Shown here in pieces: positions 57,665 to 64,000 of a stretch of DNA of 64,000 bases (its first letter is position 1; every line of letters begins with the position of its first letter). A program made the translations under genes and the position numbers. Source of the stretch: Candidatus Multivoradales bacterium (GTDB lineage Bacteria; Acidobacteriota; Thermoanaerobaculia; Multivoradales; Multivoraceae); assembly GCA_965223325.1 (NCBI GenBank), contig CBDCWI010000002.1:3232001-3296000 (forward strand), given 5' to 3'. Below the pieces are notes generated by a model. It saw nothing but the letters and a program-made list of their open reading frames with translations. It searched no databases and was not told where the DNA came from.

Positions 57665-58354
57665 ATGGACAATTTCACCAGCGACGTCATGAGGCTGTTC
57701 CAGGAGGGCGGGCCTGTCATGTGGGTCCTTCTGGTTTTTTCGATCATCGCGTTCGCCGTCACGATTGAACGTTTCTTCGCCCTGCAGCGCGCCAAGATCG
57801 ACGTCAACGCTTTCCTCGCCAAGATCCGTAAAGCACTGCTCGTGAACCGCTCGGTCCGCGAAGCTGTCAAGGTCTGCGAGCAGACTCGCGGCCCCGTCGC
57901 CTCGATCATGAAAGCCGGCCTGCTCAAGTACGGTTACCCGAAAGAAGAAGTCGAGAAGACCATCGAGAACGCCGCCATGTTCGAAATGGGTCGTCTCGAA
58001 CGCTGGCTGCCGATCCTGGCCACCACCGCCAACGTCGCTCCGCTGCTCGGTTTCTTCGGAACCGTCACCGGCATGATCCGTTCGTTCGACGCACTCGCCG
58101 AGGCCGGCCTGTCCGATCCCGGCCTGGTTGCCAGCGGTATCAAGGAAGCCTTGACCACCACGGCCGCCGGTCTTGCCGTCGCCATTCCGTTCCAGCTGGT
58201 CTACAACTACTTCACCAGCCGCATCAATCGCTTCGTGCGCGACATCGAAACCTCGGCCAACATGTTGCTCGAGACTTTCGGTGAGATGGAACGCTCTGGC
58301 ATTCGCCCCGACGGTGGCGCTGCCGCAGCTAGCCCCGCCAAGCCACAGACGTAG
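57665..58354 (+). CDS. MotA/TolQ/ExbB proton channel protein
   Basis: GGPVM, APLLGFFGTVTGMI and GI.EAL.TTAAGL.VAIP motifs. AAGGAG SD. Confidence 0.95.
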   Translation: MDNFTSDVMRLFQEGGPVMWVLLVFSIIAFAVTIERFFALQRAKIDVNAFLAKIRKALLVNRSVREAVKVCEQTRGPVASIMKAGLLKYGYPKEEVEKTIENAAMFEMGRLERWLPILATTANVAPLLGFFGTVTGMIRSFDALAEAGLSDPGLVASGIKEALTTTAAGLAVAIPFQLVYNYFTSRINRFVRDIETSANMLLETFGEMERSGIRPDGGAAAASPAKPQT

Positions 58355-58392
58355 TCCGTAGACGGTTCCACTTCAAGTTATAGGGGTCTTCC

Positions 58393-58821
58393 ATGAAGCT
58401 CCATGCCGGTAAGCAAACTGAGCCTTCAATTCCCACGGCATCGATGGCCGACATCGCCTTCCTGCTGATCATCTTCTTCATGTTGACCATCACCTTCGAG
58501 GTCGACAAGACGAAGGTCGAGCTGCCGCGGACCGAGTTGCGGGTCGAGATTCCGAAGAAGGCCGCCTACGTGACCGTCAACCGAGAAGGTCTGATCACGG
58601 TCAGCTCGGGCGAGGAGATGAGTGCTCCCGTTCCGAGTGCAGAAGAGGTGGTGTCCTTTGCCTCAGGTGTCGTCACTGCGAACCCCAGCAAGGAGTTCGT
58701 TCTGAAGGCCGACGCAAACACGCCGTACTCCAAGGTCGACGAGCTCATCGACGCGCTCAAGCGCGCCGAGGTCCGCGTCATCTATCTGCTGTCCGATCAG
58801 GTCCTTCGCGAAGGCGCCTAG
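58393..58821 (+). CDS. ExbD/TolR family protein 1
   Basis: IPTASMADIAFLLIIFFM with conserved TM Asp, and LKADA..PY. Confidence 0.92.
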   Translation: MKLHAGKQTEPSIPTASMADIAFLLIIFFMLTITFEVDKTKVELPRTELRVEIPKKAAYVTVNREGLITVSSGEEMSAPVPSAEEVVSFASGVVTANPSKEFVLKADANTPYSKVDELIDALKRAEVRVIYLLSDQVLREGA

Positions 58822-58853
58822 CGGGTCGAGAACTGGAATAAGGAAAGAATGAG

Positions 58854-59294
58854 ATGAAGATCGAACGCGAAAAAATGGACGACGAGATCCCGACCTCGTC
58901 GATGGCGGACATCGCCTTCCTGCTGATCATCTATTTCATGGTTACAACCACGTTCACCGCTACCCGCGGCCTGGACTTTCAGCTACCAAAAGACGACGAC
59001 TCGCCCCCAGTGGTCGAGAAGGAAGACTCGGTGCTGATCGACATCCAGCCTGGCGGCGTGATCATGGTCGACCAGAAGCCGATGGAAGTCGGCGCGATTC
59101 TCGACTATCTGGCCCCCAAGCTGGAACGTAATCCGAAGAAGCCGGTGATCATCAAGCCGGACCCCGCGTCCGAGTACAAGCACATGGTGACTGTGCTCGA
59201 CACTCTGCGACGCGCAACCGACGACAAGCGCTTCAAGGAAGAAGTTCGTATCTCCATCCCGACACGTCGCGAGATCGAGAGCTTCTGGTACTGA
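58854..59294 (+). CDS. ExbD/TolR family protein 2
   Basis: IPTSSMADIAFLLIIYFMV and VIIKPD....Y..MV.VLD motifs. Confidence 0.92.
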   Translation: MKIEREKMDDEIPTSSMADIAFLLIIYFMVTTTFTATRGLDFQLPKDDDSPPVVEKEDSVLIDIQPGGVIMVDQKPMEVGAILDYLAPKLERNPKKPVIIKPDPASEYKHMVTVLDTLRRATDDKRFKEEVRISIPTRREIESFWY

Positions 59295-59401
59295 TCTAGA
59301 GCTAGCCAGACCGGGACCGAAAGGTCCCGGGCTCGCAGCTCTTCCAGGATCGGCGCCAAACAGACCCAGTCAACCGAACGAGTCGAAACCGGAGCCAATT
59401 T

Positions 59402-60148
59402 ATGAGTGACAAGAAAACACCCGAGGCCGCCGCTGCCCCCGTCAAGAAGGGCGGCACGATCGATCCGATGGCCCGCAACGACGGCACGCAGTTGACGGCA
59501 TCCGAGATGCTGCTCCTCGAAGATGCACAGGACTCGCGTAATCTCATGTACGCGATCATCCCTGCGGTGATCTTCCACGCGCTTCTCCTGGTGATGAACT
59601 TCCCGAACCTGTTTCCGGAACCGAAGGCCGAAGCCGAAAAGCCGAAGGTCTACGTCGTCCAGCCGGTGCGCTTCAAGCCGCCACCGCCGAAGCAGGAGCA
59701 GCAGCTTCCGAAACCGAAGGCGAAGAAGGTCCCCATCCCGGATCCCACTCCGGATGAGCCTGAACCAATTCGGATCGAGGAGCCGGAAGAGTTCGAGATT
59801 CCCGATGTCGACGACCTCGTTCTCGGAATCCCCGAAGCACCGCCGCCCGTCAACACCGGGCCGATTCACGTCACCGGTGATGTGCAAAAGCCCGAGAAGC
59901 TGAGTGCACCACAGCCGCAGTACACCGAGATCGCCCGCAAGGCGCGCATCCAGGGTGTCGTCATCTTGCAGGCGATCATCGACGAGCAAGGCAACGTCAC
60001 CAACGTCAAGGTTCTCAAGGGGTTGCCCATGGGGCTCTCCGAAGAAGCCGAACGCGCGGTCTCGCAATGGCAGTTCAAGCCCGCGACCCTCAACGGTCGT
60101 CCGGTGGCTGTCTATTTCAACCTGACCGTCAACTTCCAGCTCCAGTAG
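59402..60148 (+). CDS. Energy transducer TonB
   Basis: TM with His, Pro-rich spacer and TonB_C domain P.YTE.ARKARIQG.V...WQFKPA..NGRPV. Confidence 0.92.
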   Translation: MSDKKTPEAAAAPVKKGGTIDPMARNDGTQLTASEMLLLEDAQDSRNLMYAIIPAVIFHALLLVMNFPNLFPEPKAEAEKPKVYVVQPVRFKPPPPKQEQQLPKPKAKKVPIPDPTPDEPEPIRIEEPEEFEIPDVDDLVLGIPEAPPPVNTGPIHVTGDVQKPEKLSAPQPQYTEIARKARIQGVVILQAIIDEQGNVTNVKVLKGLPMGLSEEAERAVSQWQFKPATLNGRPVAVYFNLTVNFQLQ

Positions 60149-60202
60149 GGCCCACGAGGCTCCCCACTATTCCTTGATGTCAGAGCGGGGACCGGTAGCT
60201 CC

Positions 60203-61045
60203 ATGACCTTCCAGGGGTCACTCGCCGAGCTACCGCTCCCCGACATCATTCAGCTGGTCGCGGTCTCCGGCAAGACCGGACGCTTTGATCTCACGCACGA
60301 ACGTGAGCATGGGCAGATCTTTGTCCAGGACGGGCAGATCGTGCACGCGCGAACCGGCAACCTCGCCGGAGAGGAAGCGGTCTACGAACTCGCGATCTGG
60401 CCGATCGGCGACTTCGTCTTCACGCAAGACCGAGTTCCCCGCACGGTCACGATCGAGAAGTCGAACACCAACCTGCTCATGGAAGCAGCGAGGCGCATCG
60501 ACGAATGGCAGGTCCTCTCCAAAAGGATCCCGTCGGCGCGCAAGGTGCCCGTGTTCAAGGATCGTTACACCGCACCGGTGTCGCTGTCACCTGGCGAGTG
60601 GGCCGTCGTCTCGAAGATCGACGGCAGGCGAACGATCGAGGAGATCTCTGCCGCGCTTGCCCAGTCTCCGTTCGAAACCTGCAAGCACCTCTACGGCCTC
60701 ATCACCTCTGGTCTGGTCGCACTCGGCGAAGACCTCAGTGAGCGTTTCGGCGCCCGCATCGCCGCGCTCACCGAAGAGAGAGCTCGGGACCTGATCGAGA
60801 CTCTCTACCGACAGACCAAGGAGCGCCTCGAGCAGCCGCTTCCCGACCGGCCGGTAGATTCAGACCCTGCCGCCACCGACGACCTCGGGCGCGCCTTGCA
60901 GGCCGCTCAGGTGTTGCTACAGAACGGGCGTCCCGCCGACGCGGCCTACATGATGCTACGAGCAGCAGAACGTGCCATCGCCGACAACCTTGGAGATCGT
61001 GAGCTGGAGGAGTTTCTCGACCGCACCCACGCCCAGTTGCCTTGA
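60203..61045 (+). CDS. DUF4388 (PatA_N-like) domain protein
   Basis: FQGSLAELPLPDIIQL...KTG...G.I....G.IVHA...GEEA....LLMEAARRIDEW, followed by a winged-helix-like segment. Confidence 0.88.
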   Translation: MTFQGSLAELPLPDIIQLVAVSGKTGRFDLTHEREHGQIFVQDGQIVHARTGNLAGEEAVYELAIWPIGDFVFTQDRVPRTVTIEKSNTNLLMEAARRIDEWQVLSKRIPSARKVPVFKDRYTAPVSLSPGEWAVVSKIDGRRTIEEISAALAQSPFETCKHLYGLITSGLVALGEDLSERFGARIAALTEERARDLIETLYRQTKERLEQPLPDRPVDSDPAATDDLGRALQAAQVLLQNGRPADAAYMMLRAAERAIADNLGDRELEEFLDRTHAQLP

Positions 61046-61296
61046 GGGCCACCTGGCGGAATTCCAGACCCCAGACCCCGCGTTCCGCTGATTGCCACCT
61101 ATTGAGGCGGACCAGGGGGCGCCGGCGAGGTCGCGCAGTGGGAAGAACCTCTACTCATCGCATACAATCTATGGTTCATCAACAAACAACCTCCGACACT
61201 CATCGGAACCACGCCCTGAAACGCTCTTGTCTGAGCGCCTCGGGGATCGAGAATTGCGCCCTGTCTGGGAAGCGCAATAGAAAGGAGACCCCCACC

Positions 61297-62442
61297 ATGC
61301 GCAAGATCCTCTCCCTCGGCATCGCGGCATTCGTGCTGCTGGCGCTTCCCGCAACGGCCGCCGACTGGCAGGCTGGCGTCGACGCTCTCCAGAGCGGTAA
61401 CTACGGTGAAGCCATCAAGCAGTTCAAGGAGCTCGTCGACCTTCAGGACGACCAATACCAGAACCACATGATGCTGGGCCAGGCGCTGCTCAAGAACGGC
61501 CAGGCCGGCGAGGCCGCCGCTTCACTCAAACGCGCCCTCGAGCTCAAGCCGGGGGACGCGGGCATCACGGTCGCGCTAGGCCAGTCGCTTTCGAAGTCGG
61601 GCAAGTATCGCGACTGCGTGAACCTGTTCAACAACGCCAACGTCGGTTCTTTCCCGGCCAATCTTCAAGGTCCCGCTCATCAGATCAAGGCCGGCTGCTC
61701 GCAGAAGGGCGGCGGCGACGCGACGGCCGACCTGCGGGCTCTGGCCCAGGCGAAGCCCAACGACGCGACCGCTCAATACGCCTACGGTACGGCAGCACTT
61801 GCCAGCAACCAGACAGATGCGGCCATCGCTGCACTCTCCAAGGCGGTCCAACTCGACCCGCAGCCCAAGTACCGCAAGGCCTACGTCGACGCGCTGAAGC
61901 TCAAGGCGCGCCGGGCGCAAGGCAGCGCCAAGACCAGCGCCTACCAGACCGCCGTTCAGCAGGCGCAGGCACTCGTCTCGGCGAGTGGCACTCACGGCAA
62001 CCTGCTCACCCTCGGCGAGGTCCAGATGGGCGCCAAGATGTATGACCCGGCGATCTCCACCTTCAAGAAGGCACAGGCCGCCCAGTCCAGCGACTGGTTC
62101 GCGCCCTACTACCTGGGCCAGGCCTACGCCGCTTCGGGCCGCTACACGGAAGCTGAAGCCCCCTTGCAGACCGCTCTGCGGCTGGCCTCAGGTAATAACC
62201 GCGCCAAGGTCAACAGCCAGCTCGGCTTTGTCTATGCCAAGCAGAAGCGCTACGACGAAGCGGTTGCCGCATACAACGCGGCCGGCGAGCCTGGCAAGGC
62301 GGCGGGCGTTCTCGAGAACAAGAACATCGCCGCCGAGAACGCCGAGGCCGATGCGCACAACGAGAAGGTCCGCCAGCTCCAGGAACAGCGCGACAAGCTG
62401 CGTGATCAACTCGACAACCCGGTCGTCGAGCCTCCCTTCTAG
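61297..62442 (+). CDS. Periplasmic TPR protein
   Basis: AAGGAG SD, Sec signal (ATA/A) and multiple TPRs. Confidence 0.88.
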   Translation: MRKILSLGIAAFVLLALPATAADWQAGVDALQSGNYGEAIKQFKELVDLQDDQYQNHMMLGQALLKNGQAGEAAASLKRALELKPGDAGITVALGQSLSKSGKYRDCVNLFNNANVGSFPANLQGPAHQIKAGCSQKGGGDATADLRALAQAKPNDATAQYAYGTAALASNQTDAAIAALSKAVQLDPQPKYRKAYVDALKLKARRAQGSAKTSAYQTAVQQAQALVSASGTHGNLLTLGEVQMGAKMYDPAISTFKKAQAAQSSDWFAPYYLGQAYAASGRYTEAEAPLQTALRLASGNNRAKVNSQLGFVYAKQKRYDEAVAAYNAAGEPGKAAGVLENKNIAAENAEADAHNEKVRQLQEQRDKLRDQLDNPVVEPPF

Positions 62443-62479
62443 CAAAGAAGGCCGCGGCTCATCGCCACGACCACGACAC

Positions 62480-62511
62480 GAAAGGGCCTCCTCATGGAGG
62501 CCCTTTCTGTT
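62480..62511. terminator. Bidirectional terminator hairpin
   Basis: GAAAGGGCCTCC-TCAT-GGAGGCCCTTTC between convergent genes. Confidence 0.8.
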
Positions 62512-62563
62512 GGCAGACGCTTCCCTGGCGCGCAGGGAAAACCTCGCGACCTCGACCAGCGCC

Positions 62564-63475
62564 TTACTCCTCGATGCGCAGATTCTCTCGGCGTAGCGAC
62601 AACACCGCACCGAAGGCACCCGCCAGGGCGCCGAGCAACACCACGGCGAGCTGACCGCTCCAGGCGAGCGGCTCGAACTGGAGAAACGGCAGCCACGGCG
62701 ACGCACCGGCCTGTGCCGCCAACCCCGCCTGTACGCCCCGCAGCCCGAGGAGCGCGAACAGGCCGCCGAGGGCACCCTGCAGTGCGGCCTCGAAATAGAA
62801 CGGCCCACGAATGTAGAACTCCGTCGCACCGACCATTCGCATGACCGCGATTTCGTCGAGGTATCTGAACGCGGCGAGTCGAATCACGCCTGCCGTTGTG
62901 AGCACCGCGGCCAGAAGGAGCGCCACCGACAAAGCCACGCCAACGGCACGGACAATCGAAAGCAATCGCGCCATCTGGCCAAGCCACTGGCGATCATCAT
63001 CGACCATCGAAACAACCGGCATGGCGAGCAGGGCAGTGGACCACTCAGCGAACGCTGCTTCATCGATCGCAGCTGGCTCGAGAGTCGCCTCGAGCGAGGC
63101 CGGAAAGGGAGAGCTCCCGACCTCTTCGGCGACGTCCGAAAGCCCTGGATATGCCTGGGAGAAGCGGAGAACGGCCGCTTCGGCGGTGGTCTCAGAAACG
63201 TCGCGGACCCAGGCCGCCTCGGAAACCCGAGCATGGACCTCGCGAGCCGCTTCCGAACCGAGGTCCTCACCAGGTTCGAGGTAGATCACAACAACCGGAT
63301 CGCCGCTCAACTTCTCGAGACCCGCACCAAGGCTCTTGGTCACCGAGTAGAATAGTCCGCTCACAAAAAGCCCGAGGGCGATCGTCAGGATCGCAACCAG
63401 ACTGGTGCGCCAGTCGCGCAACATTCCGATTGCGGCCTCACGCAGGAAGTAGAGGGTCGCCTGCCAGAAGTTCAC
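62564..63475 (-). CDS. ftsX: Cell division permease FtsX
   Basis: Four-TM layout with [18 protein letters not shown] motif. GTGA-coupled to ftsE. Confidence 0.92.
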   Translation of the reverse strand: MNFWQATLYFLREAAIGMLRDWRTSLVAILTIALGLFVSGLFYSVTKSLGAGLEKLSGDPVVVIYLEPGEDLGSEAAREVHARVSEAAWVRDVSETTAEAAVLRFSQAYPGLSDVAEEVGSSPFPASLEATLEPAAIDEAAFAEWSTALLAMPVVSMVDDDRQWLGQMARLLSIVRAVGVALSVALLLAAVLTTAGVIRLAAFRYLDEIAVMRMVGATEFYIRGPFYFEAALQGALGGLFALLGLRGVQAGLAAQAGASPWLPFLQFEPLAWSGQLAVVLLGALAGAFGAVLSLRRENLRIEE

Positions 63476-64000
63476 GCCCCCGACACCTCAGGCTCCTCCG
63501 GGGCGCCGGGCATCGCGGCGCCTTCGAAGAGCCTCAAGGTCTCCTGGAGATCGAGATCCAGCTCGCCCTCGAGCTGGCGATCATCTTCCAGACGACCGGA
63601 CACCAGGGTCAGCACCCGCCCGCCGGTGCGCTGGATGGTGTCGCGATCGTGGGTTGCCAGAACAACCGTGGTGCCGCGAAGGTTGATCGCCAGGAAGAGT
63701 TTGAGGATCTCAGCCGAAAGGTCGGGATCGAGGTTGCCGGTGGGTTCATCGGCGATCAAGATCTCGGGCTCGTTGATCAGAGCGCGCGCAATCGCCACAC
63801 GCTGCTGCTCGCCGCCCGACAGTTCGAGTGGAAAGGCGTTCAGGCGATGGGCCAGACCTACCCTTCGAAGGGCCTGAAAGGCCATGACCTTCTGCTTACG
63901 CATGGAGAGACCGATGAGGCGAGGCAGGTAGACGACGTTTTCGAAGACCGTCTTGCGCGAGATCAATCGGAAATCCTGAAACACCACCCCGATCGTTCGT
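63472..64000 (-). CDS. ftsE: Cell division ATP-binding protein FtsE, 3' part
   Basis: [30 protein letters not shown] and ATHD motifs. The 5' end lies outside the window. Confidence 0.93.
   Translation of the reverse strand, partial: RTIGVVFQDFRLISRKTVFENVVYLPRLIGLSMRKQKVMAFQALRRVGLAHRLNAFPLELSGGEQQRVAIARALINEPEILIADEPTGNLDPDLSAEILKLFLAINLRGTTVVLATHDRDTIQRTGGRVLTLVSGRLEDDRQLEGELDLDLQETLRLFEGAAMPGAPEEPEVSGA

Overview
GC-rich (roughly two-thirds GC by eye), gene-dense chromosomal segment. Gene content and style suggest Acidobacteriota, possibly Thermoanaerobaculia (inference). I found no rRNA, tRNA, CRISPR array, transposase or prophage. Left to right it contains: a partial queE (absent from the ORF track); a candidate structured ncRNA; acnA; a yqgE-Nudix-cytochrome c operon; dut; a 13.6-kb minus-strand operon running ECF sigma / anti-sigma / stand-alone secretin-N-domain protein / GspF-GspE-PilMNOP-like / TPR-secretin-cohesin / three pseudopilins; waaA-lpxK-lpxL; a split biotin carboxylase and BCCP; a YfhO GT-C, UbiA-type prenyl-phosphate phosphoribosyltransferase and DegT glycosylation block; an M20 peptidase; a sigma54-driven major pilin, pilD, a PilS-like kinase and minor pilins interleaved with three proteins sharing an unnamed ~45-aa domain; a GT4, a PilR-like activator and selA; TldD/TldE; pccB-purE-rpiB; folC-accD; yebC-ruvC; exbB-exbD-exbD-tonB-DUF4388-TPR; and ftsX-ftsE (partial). 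The most interesting signals are: (1) an ECF/anti-sigma/mini-secretin module heading the secretion operon; (2) a type IV filament system with a GspG-type major pilin, no PilY1 and a repeated unnamed domain; (3) a possible prenyl-phospho-pentose pilin or envelope glycosylation pathway; (4) an intergenic RNA with anti-Shine-Dalgarno loops; (5) chains of translationally coupled mini-ORFs bridging genes, plus recurrent leaderless starts. All family calls come from motif recognition by eye; no database searches were run.
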